From Octopus sinensis (lineage: Eukaryota): DNA of 64,000 nucleotides. Position numbers and translations under genes: made by a program. The notes beneath the pieces were generated by a model, which worked only from the letters and a program-made list of their open reading frames with translations, was not told where the DNA came from and made no database searches. Shown here piece after piece: positions 27,644 through 40,969 of this stretch. The stretch's first letter is position 1. Every line of letters starts with the position of its first letter. The stretch spans positions 24,675,360 to 24,739,359 of the forward strand of contig NC_043019.1 in assembly GCF_006345805.1 (NCBI RefSeq). Direction: 5' to 3'.

Positions 27644-29689
27644 GTGTGTGTGGGTGTGCATGTGTGTGTGTGTGTGTGTGTGTGTAAAGTATTAAGAAAA
27701 ATTCGCTCCCTTGTTGCTAGACGACGATAAACAATCCAACTGAACGCAGTGTCTAACATTTTAACAGTAATTGTCTCCTCCCTCAGACGGGGTGAGATAA
27801 TCAAGTGAGAAAAGAAGTAAAGGGTTCTATGTGAAAAAAAAAAATTTTCTCCGGTGAATCTTTTAATAAATAAAAAGCCATATGAACGAAACATTCGCTA
27901 ACCTCTTCCTTTATTAGTCTTCTGTTGTTCGTTGATTAAACGTGTTTATTCTCATCAGGTAATGGTGATAAAGGATTTCCATAGTTTTCAAGTCAGAATT
28001 TGATATCAAATGAAACATCATAAGACCGGAAAGCAAAACTTACGATTTGTTCAAAGTGTTTCGCCTGAAAAAATTAGACGAAACCCTGCCGCCTTTTTAT
28101 GGATTATTAGAATACAGTTTAGGTAGTCTCAGTTGTCTGAAAATGTTTCAGGAAAAGTTTAGTCAGATTTATTTATTGTCTCTCAATCAGTTTGTATTTT
28201 ATACTTTTCCATGAAGTAATCTCAGAATGATGTACAACTGAACCATCCCTTGCATCACGCCATTATCAATGCTGTGTTGTTGTCATGTTATGACATAACG
28301 TCCAATCACAGGTCGAGGTGACCCAAACTACGAGTATCTACTCTTATCATTAACTTATCGGTTTAACAAGCAGTTTCAACTAAATATTTAACCTTGTTTT
28401 CTGATACATTTATTTTACAATGTTCCCCAATCTATACCCATTCAAGTGTTAGCTGTGTACATCTGACTAACTTTGAAAACATGTAGGTTTCAAAAACTGG
28501 CAGCATGAGCTTTCTTCGCGACCTCCATAGGCGTTGGCCTCAACCAGTTCAAACACGAATTTATACATTCTTGAGGAGATATACAACTTCAAAAGACTTT
28601 GGCTTGATTTTTTTTTAACAATTTGTTAACAAGCACATATGGTATCTGGAAGTAAAAGGCACGCTTACATCATCGGCTATGAAGTGCAAGTAATTAAATA
28701 TCTCAAACAGCTTGAATAACAGGACTACAGAAGGGTATTTTGGACCACCACAAACTGGAAATTATCACACGCTACTAAAGGAAGCATAGGAATTTGTTGA
28801 AGCCTTCATTAAGAAGTAAAAATAAGCAGAATGCGTCTGCTGTGGACTGAATTGCTGAAAGAGATGAAGGTTGGATAACTACAAAAAGAAATTTGAGGCT
28901 TAGAATTACAGCAAAAATTATTTTTATTTTTCGTATTAATACCCGTCCAATACTAATGTTGGTGTAATCGATTAACCCCACCACTCAAAACTACTGATTT
29001 CGTGTTTAAATTAGGAAGCTTTTATGAATCCCTGTTAAGATCTGAATGACGAGACACAGACAGGGAGTGAGAACAAAAACAAGAAAAGCACAAATGCCAG
29101 ATTCTGAGAACAAATAATTGAACTTCACATTTTATTTGAACTAGAACTTCACATCTTTCTAATTATTCCGAGGAACGTTCGATGAGGTGTCATATAAGTG
29201 GATGTTAAACGAATCAACAGAGTAACAGCGAAGACATTTCGTCTCAAGCAAACTATTTAAACTATAGTTCTGTCATGTTGTACTAACGGGGGAAAAACTG
29301 CTGCTAGGGCCGGTCTTTTAAAGAAAAACTTTACCAAACCACAAAATTCCTTGTCTAATTTTTGTTCATATTCACCTAAGGATTTGAGAACCGGGTTTGG
29401 GTTCACAAAACAAAGACTATTAAAGAAAAGGCGCATAGATTAAAAACGTTAGTGATTCATCAAGTCTTTAGAGCATGAGTGAAATCACTGGATGAAGGAC
29501 GTAACACTTGTAACGATACAGACGTCTAGTTCCTTTCAAGATATCTACTTCCACCTTATGCAAATTTCTGCAGCTATTGAACAAGAGTCTTTTTTTTAAC
29601 ATGGCCCAGAAGATATTACACCAGCTGACATGGATGCACATGATGCAAACTCAAAGCCATGCATTCCAATGCACACACCACCTCAGGTG

Positions 29690-30785
29690 ACGAGCCCAGC
29701 ATGGAAGTATCCAAAGAGTATTTGAGGCACATAATGCTTTATGAGTACAACAGAAGGAAACTCTGCAGCCGAAGCGACTTGAAACACACTCAGTTTATGG
29801 GAAAGAATGCTTGAATGAAAGAATTTGCAGAAGATGGGTTGCAAAATTCAGAAGTGGAAATTTTAGCCTTGAAGATGAAGATCGAACAGGACATCCAGTT
29901 GAGTTTGATGATAAGCTCCTTGAAGAAATCCTACATTTTCAGTTGAAGAATTGGCAATAAAGCATAGTTCAAACAAACTGTTCATCGTCATCTTCAACAA
30001 CTTGGAAAGGTTCCAAAATTTGGAAAATGGGTGTCTCATGAATTGTCTGAAAGTAACCGCAAATCTCGAGTTGACATCTGCTCTTCTCTCCATTCTCGCG
30101 AACTCATTTCACCCTTTTTGGATAGACTTGTGACTGGTGACGAAAAATGGATCTTCTATCGAAATGTTAACGTCGTAAACAGTGGCTTGGTAAAAGGGAA
30201 AAAGCTCAACCACAACCGAGAAGGGAAATTCATGGGAAAAAGTTTCTTCTCTCTACTTGGTTGGATTGCAAAGGAGTAATTCACTTTGAATTATTACCAC
30301 CTAATGCAACAATCAATGCTCAAGTCTATTGTCAGCAATTAGAGCGTTTGAACCAAGCTTTGAAGAAAAAAAGACCCGCTTTAGTGAATCGAAAAGGAGT
30401 GGTGTTTCATCAGGACAATGCGTGACCCCACACTACAAAGATCACATCACAGAAGATCGAAGAGCTTGACTGGGAAAAAATTCTTCATCCACCTTATTCT
30501 CCCGACCTTGCTCCTTCAGACTACCATTTGTTTCATAGTTTACAGAATCATTTGGGGGACATAACTTTCGCAAGCCAGGAGGAGGTTGCAACTGACATTT
30601 CAGAGTTCTTCGCTTTGAAACCAAAAGAGTTTTACATTGATGGGATTAAAAAGCTTGTAAATAGATGGAAGGAAGTCGTACATAATCAGGGAAAGTACAT
30701 TGATGATTAAATTTCAATTAAATGTAACATTTGATCACTTATTTTCTTTATTCAAGATTCGGACAGAACTTATGGGATGACCTGA
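29690..30785 (+). mobile_element. Mariner transposon with decayed transposase; 5' TIR not found
   Basis: MEVSKEYLRHIMLYEY at 29701, LVTGDEKWIFY, VFHQDNA*PH and YSPDLAPSDYHLFHSL; 3' TIR cggacagaacttatgggatgacctga followed by TA. Confidence 0.9.
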
Positions 30786-31126
30786 TATTTTATTATTATT
30801 ATATATAGCAGCACCGAAGTTTTATTTTTAGTCTTGTTTAAATAGAGATGACTCCAAGAACAATAACACATTACAAAATGATTAATAATACGAGACCTAT
30901 GTAATTCTAGCGTCTTTTTAGTTTTTACAATGAGCTACTGACCAGTGCTTTCTGAAAACTCAGTTTCTTAAATATGAATTTCTTGTCTTTCTCTATGAAA
31001 CAATTGTAGAGCTACATGAATTAAAAAATTATCATCCATTTTAACATCTAATCTCTTCTATTTACGTAAATATGAAGGAATTTGCTGAACAATGTTTAAT
31101 AAGTTAAGTCATATACTTAATATTTA

Positions 31127-31177
<51 letters not shown>

Positions 31178-31718
31178 ATGTATATGTATGTATGTATGTG
31201 TATGTATGTATGTATGTATATACGTATGCATATATATGTTTGTGTCCCTCCCTAATTCTTCTATCCCTCTGCCTCTATCTCTCTCCTCTCCTTCCACGTG
31301 ACCGCTGTTCAGCCAAGCCTGACCCTTTTTCCTTGGTTCAACTACCATCCGTGCAACATCTATATTCCTCCCCATGCCTGCCATCTCTTATGTCCCTGCC
31401 GTAAGGCTTCACTTCCACACCTCCCAGCTTAATTTAATTCGTCCTTAGTCGAAAGACATCTGTTGTTAATGTCCTGTCGTTTACATTTGTATTTGTGTAA
31501 CATTTCTCCGTTTTTTCCATCCTTGTTTTCGTATACATTCACTGCTTTCTTCCAAGGAATCCAATGCTCTTAGCTTAGTTTTTGCTTGGAGCAACCAGGA
31601 AAGAAAAACTCCGAATGACCCGTCCTTGTTTTTTTCATGTCCCTTTTTGTATCATCCAACTGTCTGGATGTTTTGTGGCCCCTGTTGCGTTCTTATCCCA
31701 TTTTTTGTATTCTTTATA

Positions 31719-31773
<55 letters not shown>

Positions 31774-31774
31774 A

Positions 31775-31806
<32 letters not shown>

Positions 31807-32129
31807 TGTGTGTGTGTGTGTGTATTTATATATTTATATAAATATATATATATACATGCATACTTATATGTATGTATTTTATATTATATATGTATGTATG
31901 TATGTATGTGTGTATGTATGTGTATATATATCTATATATATACATATATACATATACATGTATATATATATACGTGTGAGTGTGTATACATTGAAACATA
32001 TATGCATACACATACACACGCACATATATATGTACACATATGCACATATATAACATGTACATGTAAATGTGATGCATGTATGTAGCGAAGCGCATTTTGT
32101 GTATGTATGTGAGAGTTTGTGCGTACGTG

Positions 32130-32167
<38 letters not shown>

Positions 32168-32519
32168 TTTGTGCGTACGTGCATGTGTGTGTGTGTGTGT
32201 GTGTGTGAGTTTGTGCGTACGTGCATGTATGTGTGTGTGTGAGTTTGTGCGTACGTGCATGTGTGTGTGTGTGTGTGTGTGTGTTGTGTGTGTGTGTGTG
32301 TGTTGTGTGTGTGTGTGTGTGTGTGTTATGTGTGTGTGTCTACGCGTTACAAGTGTTGTTGACGTAAACCAATTGGCTCCCTTTATTGGAGAGAGCGATG
32401 GCCAGAGATTCTGTACAATGGTTCGTTAAGAGAACTGTCAAAATAAGTCAGTGCACAGCACCCAATTTGGTCGGTGCAAAGCACTAATAGACGTTCGGGG
32501 TTTTACACCGTTATTGTTG

Positions 32520-32850
32520 TTGTTGTGATAAGAGTGGCGAGCGCTGTGATGGTGATGATGGTGGTGATGGTGGTGGTGATGGTGGTGGTGGTGGTGATGG
32601 CGGCGATGATGCCAAGGATGGCGGTGACGGCGCTAATGAGAGACCTTATGATGACATTGCTGATGATGTTAGTTGTAGTAATGATAGTGCTGGTTTATTG
32701 ATAGTGTTTATGGTGGTGGTGGTGGTGGTGGTGGTGGCGGCGGCGGCGGCGGCGGTAGTGGTGGTGGTGGTGGTGGTGGTGGTGGTGGTGGTGGCGGCGG
32801 CGGTTGCGGCGGCGGCGGTGGTGGTCGTTATGGTTATGACAACAGTTTTG
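32520..32850 (+). repeat. (GGT/GAT/GGC)n compound trinucleotide repeat
   Basis: Direct reading of the sequence. Confidence 0.9.
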
Positions 32851-33058
32851 ACAAGAAGAGAAACAATTTCGCTCCGATGGATGATTGACTGCCGGAGCCA
32901 TTTCTCAGTACAGATTTGATTGTTATCAAGACTGTTAATAACTGAGGCAAACAAACACACCACTAACGCCATCTACATGTCTTTTTTATTGCAGCGTTGA
33001 TTAATCCGTACACACACATACATACATACATACATGCATACATACATACATACATACA

Positions 33059-33092
<34 letters not shown>

Positions 33093-33290
33093 CATATATA
33101 TGTGTGTGTGTGTATGTGTGTGTGTGTGTGTGTGTGGTGTGTGTGTGTGTGTGTGTGTGGTGTGTGTGTGCTACATACGGAATTATACGCAATTTTGTGG
33201 TTTGCTGTATATGTATGTATGGACCTGCACATAGAAGCGCATAAAGATATGTGTGCGTGTATGTATATATGTCTGTATGTGTGTGTCTAC

Positions 33291-33323
<33 letters not shown>

Positions 33324-33379
33324 TGTATGTATGTATGTATGTATGTATGTATGTTATGTGTGTGGTGTGTTTATGTATG

Positions 33380-33425
<46 letters not shown>

Positions 33426-33433
33426 GTATGTAT

Positions 33434-33502
<69 letters not shown>

Positions 33503-34656
33503 GATAGATAGATAGATAGATAGATAGATGTGTGTGTGCGTGAGCGCGCGAGTGTTTTGTGTATGTGTTTCTCCACCACCACAGTTTGTTTACGTCCTCG
33601 TAACTTAATGGTTCGGTACAAAAAAAAGACATAGTTTGAGTACCAAGCTTAAAAACGATATATACTAGAGACGATTTATTCGACTGAAGGCGGTGTTCTA
33701 GCATGGCCACAGTCAAATGATTGAAACAAGGGAAAGATAAAGGCTAAAAGATTATACATACAGACATAAATACATACATATATATATATGTCTGTCTGTC
33801 TGTCTGTATGTATGTATGTATGTATGCATGTATATATACACACATATATACAGGTGCGTGTAATCTTTATAGTTTTAACAGGGCAAAGTTCAGCTTGCAG
33901 TTATGCAGTTCCCTTTTATCATATACAGATAACGTATTGACAAGAGTCAATTCAGAAAATCGTTGATCTATTTTCCACGTTTACTCTTTCATTGCAGTTA
34001 GTGTCTCGTGTGGACGAAGTGGTGTACATACACACCACTATGCTTATATTCGTAGATGTTAGGTTCTGATTCTTTTAATGTATTAAGTCTTTCCTCTCCC
34101 TGCCTAAAAGAATCCCTTTAATATTGCCTGGTGTAGCTAAGTTATTGTCCCCGTAAAACCCAATACCTTTGATTTTAAGTTTTACTTTGAATATATCTAA
34201 GCTCCGAAATCCGATGAACTCACAATTTCTACACTGCCCATAGATCCCATACTGATATCAAAGCACATATGCTATCTTTCACCTTGTGGAAATAAGAGAG
34301 ATTGGCGTGGTGCATCATAACACTACGTTGCTGTAATTTATGGTACAATATATTCTTTTAAATTTCGCCGCCTTTTAAAGTTTTAAATGGATAGGTACAG
34401 TGTTGAAGTGAGTAATAGTAGTGGACATTGTATTTGAGGAATGTGAACCATTTCACTAGACTAATTAATGGTATTTAAAAATACTCTTACAATACTTGAC
34501 TAAATTTACAACACTCATTCCTACTTTCTCTCTTTTGCTCCCTCCTCCTACTCTGCTTCATCATCCCTCTCTCATCATCATCTTCATTCTCTGCTTTCCC
34601 CTTTCTTTCTTTGTTATTTTCTGAACCTACATTTTTTTTTGTTCTGTCTTCTACAG

Positions 34657-34919
34657 GTTACAGAGAGACAGCCTTCGCCCATGCAATTAGTGCTGCCGGT
34701 GTAACGCATCAAGTCTCCACAGCCTGCAGTCTGGGTAAGCTTCGGTCATGCGGTTGTGACATGACATCACACGGTCCAGCTCTCAGCTGGGAATGGGGTG
34801 GCTGTAGTCACAACATCGAATTCGGTGACCACTTCGCCCGAAAGTTCCTCGATGCTAAAGACACGGCGAAAGATATCCAAGCACAGATCAACCTACACAA
34901 CCATAGAGCTGGACGACTG
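34657..34919 (+). CDS. Wnt10: Wnt10-like ligand, internal coding exon (88 codons, phase 1 to phase 0)
   Basis: Polypyrimidine tract and AG acceptor (ttctacag|gt) at 34655-56, GT donor at 34920. Translation [34 protein letters not shown]...[25 protein letters not shown]...[11 protein letters not shown] has the Wnt cysteine pattern and aligns best with my recollection of the Wnt10 motifs GFRESAF/ACSLGKL/WEWGGC. Confidence 0.93.
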
Positions 34920-34972
34920 GTTTGTTATCAACATTTTGTCTCTCCTCAACACCTCCTGTCTGCTATTCACAC

Positions 34973-35060
<88 letters not shown>

Positions 35061-35347
35061 ATTATTCTTGTTCGTTCCCTCTGTAGATACGAGTGTGCGT
35101 AAATATGTGTGTTTTTGTGTGTGTTGTCCTCCGCCATCGCTTGTTAACCGATGTTGGTATATTTACGTCCCTGTAATATAGCGGTTCGGCAAAATAGACC
35201 GATAGAATAAGGACTAGGCTTGCAAAGAATAAGTCCTGGGGTCGATTCGTTCGACTAAAGGTGGTGCTCCAGCATGGCCAGAGTCAAATGAGTGAAACAA
35301 ATAAAAGAACATATATATATAACATACATGCATACATAGAGACATAC

Positions 35348-35385
<38 letters not shown>

Positions 35386-35559
35386 GGATGGATGGATGGA
35401 TGGATGCATGTATGTATGTACGTACGTAAAAAATATATACATATATACAGAAAAATTGCTATGCACATAATACACAATATTATTCATAAAAATTCATAAA
35501 AATTTCACCCAAGAATACACACACACAATACAAAATACACCCACACAACTTTACATACT

Positions 35560-36120
35560 TTACTGGATGGCCATTGATTCTTCTGAGTTCTTCCACCCTT
35601 AGACGGGCCGTGTTTTTTTTATCTCCGGTAAAGTTTGTCACTATTCTAAAACAGTTTCATGATGGCATGGAAGTAAGGATCGACATTGGTGGGATGCTCT
35701 CGGAGCCTATCGCTGTCATGGATGGGGTAAAACAAGGTGACATAATAGCACCCACTCTCTTCACCTTCTATTTTAATATAGTTTTTGTCTTTTTTTCAAT
35801 TGGCTTTCAAAGACTCCTATGAAGGCATATATATCAGATACTGCACAAAAAAATCTTTAACATCAGAAGACTGTCAGCCAAGTCAAGGTTGTTCTCAGCT
35901 CTTACTAGAGACCTCCTCTATGCAGATGATTGTGATATTGCTACTCATACTGAGATGGACTTGCAAAATCTTATGAATGCAATTTCAGTGACTTGTGGGG
36001 CACTTGGCTTAACCATAAATCTAACCAAAACAGTTGTCATTGCTGAAAAAGGTGAAGATTTACATAACGATATTACTTTGGCCCTGGGCACACCATCAAC
36101 CATGGTTTCCGTTCACTAAT
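35560..36120 (+). mobile_element. RTE-clade (BovB-like) LINE reverse-transcriptase fragment in a Wnt10 intron
   Basis: QFHDGM...GVKQGDIIAPTLF...LLYADDC...GLTINLTKTVV across frameshifts. Confidence 0.8.
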
Positions 36121-36142
36121 GACAATACAATGTTCTACTCAT

Positions 36143-36852
36143 TTTCTAGTCCCGAAAAATATCATTTTTGGAAAATGTTTTTAAAATATGAGTATTATTC
36201 CTGGTTTAAATATGTAATTTCTCAGACAAATCTCGACCCCTTCTTCAGTGGAAAGATAGAATATGTGCCACAGGGGGCAGCCCTTGATCACTCTACCCTC
36301 CTTTTAAATATGGTAGGATGCAATATAGTCTACACAGGCTTAAACAGCGGACTCAAAACGGCCGCCTCGATAAAAATGCCCACCTCGTCTCCCCTATCTA
36401 TGCAAATACCTCTCTCAATCCCCAGCGGCCCTTATAGCACCTCATCTAGACATTTTTTGCTTTCTTGTGAATCCAAAATATCCATACGAGGTGCGTATTT
36501 CTAGTCCCGAAAAATATCATTTTTGGAAAATGCTTTTAAAATATGAGTATTATTCCTGGTTTAAATATGTAATTTCTCAGACAAATCTCGACCCCTTATT
36601 CAGTGGAAAGATAGAATATGTGCCACAGGGGGCAGCCCTTGATCACTCTACCCTTCCTTTTAAATATGGTAGGATGCAATATAGTCTACACAGGCTTAAA
36701 CAGCGGACTCAAAACGGCCGCCTCGATAAAAATGCCCACCTCGTCTACCCTATCTATGCAAATACCTCTCTCAATCCCCAGCGGCCCTTATAGCACCTCA
36801 TCTAGACACATTTTGCTTTCTTGTGAATCCAAAATATCCATACGAGGTGCGT
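36143..36852. repeat. Near-identical tandem duplication, about 355 bp x2
   Basis: ttctagtcccgaaaaatatc at 36144 and 36499; both units end in ccatacgaggtgcgt. Confidence 0.92.
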
Positions 36853-37030
36853 GGGTGGAGTACTACAGCCTAGACCAAAAACCATAGTCGCCAGAAGATT
36901 GGAACCATTCCGCAAGCTCTACACTTAAAGAATAAAGAAATATACCTTCTGTTTCATGTGTCACTTGTTACAATATAAATCCTGGAAATCGATATTCAGC
37001 TTTATTTATTCAAATTCATTTCGTTGTCAG

Positions 37031-37171
37031 GCTGTAATCAACAATGTTGGAAGAACGTGTAAATGTCATGGAATGTCTGGAAGTTGTGAAATGAAGACAT
37101 GTTGGAAATCGACAGCTGACTTTCGCGAAGTCGGAACAGTTCTAAAAGAGAAATTCAAAGCAGCGAGAAAG
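37031..37171 (+). CDS. Wnt10: Wnt10-like ligand, coding exon carrying the acylation motif (47 codons, phase 0 to 0)
   Basis: Acceptor tgtcag|gct at 37030/31 and donor aag|gtgagg at 37171/72. Translation [47 protein letters not shown] contains CKCHGxSGSC with the palmitoleoylated Ser, in frame with both neighbouring exons. Confidence 0.95.
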
Positions 37172-38463
37172 GTGAGGAAATTTCGAAACTGATTTCGTAA
37201 GACGCACAAGTCTTGAACCCCCCCCCCCCCCACACACACACATACAAACACTCGCATATACACACACCGAAGCACGCACCTAAACACATACACATATACA
37301 TACATACATACATAAATACATAAATACATACATATACACATGCACATACATACATACACACATACACATGCACATACATACAGACAGATAGACAGATATA
37401 CACACGCATACATACATGCATACAAACATACACACACATACATACATGCATACATACGTGCATACATACATACATACATACATACAAACGCATGCACATA
37501 CATACAGACAGACATATACACACATACATACACACATACACATACATACACACACATACATACACACACATACATACATACACACGCACATATACATACA
37601 TACGCACATACATATATATACATACATACACACACATACATGCACACACATACATACACACATACATACATACACACATACATACATACATACATACATA
37701 CATACATACATACATACAAATAGCCAGACACACAGACAGACATATGTGTTTATGTGTATATTCATATGGCCTCTGATATTACATAAAGCGATTAACAATT
37801 GTAGTAGCTTCAGTTCTCCGAAAGTAGCAGAACTGTTGTATATAAAGATATTGGCTGGGTTCTTTTTTCTTCTTTTTTTTTCTTTTTTTGTTTTCCTCTT
37901 TGTCTGACAAAGGTCAAGTGTTTCAGACTCCTTTGACGAGAACCAAATAACGGAGCAAAAATCAATTCAGATGGTTCATCATTTCATCAATCTACAGAGA
38001 AACAGATACCTTCGACATGGTTATATGTCTACCATCTAGGTTTACCCCCCACCACACCACACACACACACACACACACAAGCACATACACATAATTGTGT
38101 GTGTGTTTGTGCGCTGATATATTCCGCTATTCCACGGAGAAGAGCGTTTGCATGGGAAGTTCGTAGTTGTAACCAGAGAGATAGCTTTGTTTAGATTAAG
38201 AGAATAAACTTGATATACACGTCGCGAATATGTTTTCTTGTATGCAAACTGAAACTCACTAACACACAAGTACATACACACAAGCGCTAAAATGATGTAT
38301 TCTAATCTATAAGCAAAGATATACACGCAAAAATTATACGGACGTAGATTCACATTTGCATAAAGAACAATGTCCTAAAAGTGTGTATGTATGTATGTAT
38401 GTATGTATGTATGTATGTATGTATGCATGTATGTATGTATGTATGTATGTATGTATGTGTGAT

Positions 38464-38494
<31 letters not shown>

Positions 38495-38601
38495 ATGTAT
38501 GCATGTATGTATGTATGTATGTATGTATGTATGTATGTTTGTATGTATGTATGTATGAATGTATGTATGTATGTATGTATGCATGTATGTATGTATGTAT
38601 G

Positions 38602-38632
<31 letters not shown>

Positions 38633-38823
38633 GTATGTATGTATGTGTGATTGTGTGTGTGTGTGTGCGTGCATACGCGTGGTGTGTTTGTTCGGGTATG
38701 TGTGTGTATATGAATAGTCTTGTTTGTAAGGGTATATGTGTAATTTAATATTGTAAAAATAACTTTCAAGTTCCTGAGTTGAAGTTTCATCTGAATATAT
38801 TACACGCGTGTGAGTGTGTGAGT

Positions 38824-38854
<31 letters not shown>

Positions 38855-38870
38855 CGTGCGTGCGTGCGTA

Positions 38871-39272
38871 AGCGTGTGTGTGGCTGTGTGGTAAGTAGCT
38901 TGCTAACCAACCACATGGTTCAGGGTTCAGTTCCACTGCGTGGCATCTTGGGCAAGTGTCTTCTACTATAGCCCCGGGCCGACCAATGCCTTGTGAGTGG
39001 ATTTGGTAGACGGAAACTGAAAGAAGCCCGTCGTATATATGTATATATATATATATATATGTGTTTGTGTGTCTGTGTTTGTCCCCCTAGCATTGCTTGA
39101 CAACCGATGCTGGCGTGTTTATGTCCCCGTCACTTAGCGGTTCGGCAAAACAGACCGATAGAATAAGTACTGGGCTTACAAAGAATAAGTCCTTGGGTCT
39201 AGCTGCTCGACTAAAGGCGGTGCTCCAGCATGGCCGCAGTCAAATGACTGAAACAAGTAAAAGAGTAAAAGA
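38871..39272 (+). mobile_element. SINE family C (CORE-like), full length
   Basis: tRNA-like head, cttgggcaagtgtcttct segment and gagtaaaa tail; reverse-complement copy at 53431. Confidence 0.85.
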
Positions 39273-39385
39273 GAGAGAGAGAGAGTAATCAAACGTTGGT
39301 ACAAAGTGAAAGTGGGTAATGCGGGAGGCGTTTGCTTTTGTGAAAACAGCGATTGGTAAATGGTTTCTTATTCAATTTCTTGATA

Positions 39386-39780
39386 CTAGCAGTATCGCCC
39401 GGCGTTGCTCGGGTTTGTAAGGGAAATAACTATAAAGCATTTTTAGAGAGTTATAGCCAAAAAATAGCAAAAAAATGGAAAAAAAAAAAATGATGGTAAA
39501 TTTTTTTTTTTGAGAGTTAAAAAGGTGGAGTTGCGTCCCCTAGACAGTCTGTGGTTTGTGTTTCTGATTCTCGACCCCCATGTCGAATTTATCGATTTTT
39601 TTTTTAAGAACTGGGGGAACTTTTCAAAATTTTCGCTGCGTTAGTTTTGAATTATGACACTGGGCTATGTGTGTGTCAAGTTTCATCAGAATCGGTTGAA
39701 AGCCGTGGTCAGGGTGAGGGTACAACCTAACAGACACACAGAAACACACACAGACAAACTGCCGTTTATATAGAGAGAGA
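39386..39780 (-). mobile_element. Non-autonomous Helitron
   Basis: On the minus strand: 5' TC, 3' hairpin cccgagcaacgccggg, then CTAG, inserted between A and T. Confidence 0.82.
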
Positions 39781-40040
39781 TATCTGAAGACGTGGATCGA
39801 CAGCGGCCGGTTTGGGTTAGTAGATTCGCTGAAGTCCATAATGAAAAGACAACACCGCTTGAGTTTATCGTCATATTGCCAAACTGGCGGACAAAATACT
39901 GCTCTGTAAGTTGTTTGAAACAACATTACACGTCATTACAGATATTCCATCATTCCTTTGAGAGTCAATTAAAAAAAGTGACACTAGGGTAGTGGGGGAA
40001 TATAATGGGCTAAAATTGTGTGAGTTGTTGTGGTTGTTGA

Positions 40041-40425
40041 TGGAAGCACTCCGTCGGTTACAACGATGAGGGTTCCGGTTGATCCGAATCAACGGAACAA
40101 CCTGCTCGTGAAATTAACGTGTAAGTGGCTGAGCACTCCACAGACACGTGCACCCTTAACGTAGTTCTCGGGGATATTAAGCGTGACACATAGAGTGACA
40201 AGGCCGGCCCCTTGAAATACAGGCACAACAGAAACAGGAAGTAAGAGTGAGAGAAAGTTGTGGTGAAAGAGTACAGCAGGGATCACCACCACCTCCTGCC
40301 GGAGCCTCGTGGAGCTTTAGGTGTTTTCGCTCAATAAACACTCACAACGCCCGGTCTGGGAATCGAAACCGCGATCCTATGACCGCGAGTCCGCTGCCCT
40401 AACCACTGGGCCATTGCGCCTCCAC
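40041..40425 (-). mobile_element. SINE family A, antisense, 65 bp upstream of the last Wnt10 acceptor
   Basis: Full reverse-complement copy with a ggttgttga TSD. Confidence 0.9.
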
Positions 40426-40489
40426 GGTTGTTGATAATGATGACGATGATGATGATGTTTTGTAATAATGAACTTATTTTCTCCTACAG

Positions 40490-40969
40490 GTCATACTTCA
40501 CAACACAGTCGCCAATTCGCTAGTAACACGTGACCGCCACCGACGACGACGACGACGTCCGAAGAAACCCGTTTCTACGACTACAGCCATGTTACAAAAA
40601 CACAGCCGAATGGAAACGTTAAAGATAGATCTTAAGACAAAGCACAACAGACAAGCCCATAAGGGCAGAAAGAAAAGAAAGAGGAAGCGCCTTCGGGGCC
40701 GATATCCACGTCAAACTGATCTGGTTTACTATGAAAAGTCACCTAGTTTTTGTGACCCAGATCCTGAAATCGATTCACTTGGTACCACGGGCCGTTTTTG
40801 TAATCGAACTGGTTCCGATGTGGACAACTGTAATACTTTGTGTTGCGGTCGTGGATACAACACTCTCAGGGTTCGACGCACCGAAAGATGTAACTGCAAA
40901 TTCTATTGGTGCTGTTATGTCTTATGTGACGAGTGTGTTTTCGATGAATGGGTGACTGTCTGCAAATGA
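40490..40969 (+). CDS. Wnt10: Wnt10-like ligand, terminal coding exon (159 aa plus stop)
   Basis: Acceptor ctcctacag|gtc at 40489/90, in frame with the ORF at 40589. A basic linker is followed by [12 protein letters not shown]...CCGRGYN...[28 protein letters not shown]. The EWVxVCK end is characteristic of Wnt10. Confidence 0.95.
   Translation, partial: VILHNTVANSLVTRDRHRRRRRRPKKPVSTTTAMLQKHSRMETLKIDLKTKHNRQAHKGRKKRKRKRLRGRYPRQTDLVYYEKSPSFCDPDPEIDSLGTTGRFCNRTGSDVDNCNTLCCGRGYNTLRVRRTERCNCKFYWCCYVLCDECVFDEWVTVCK

Noticed and set aside
34920-35102. Read-through of the first Wnt10 exon ORF past the weak GTTTGT donor
   Set aside because: The extension runs into CT and TATC repeats, and the spliced frame matches the next Wnt exon exactly.
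36225-36260. Minus-strand CUGAAGA...GAAA in the 355-bp tandem unit, tested as a retrozyme hammerhead
   Set aside because: There is no convincing stem II, and the second unit reads CUGAAUA.
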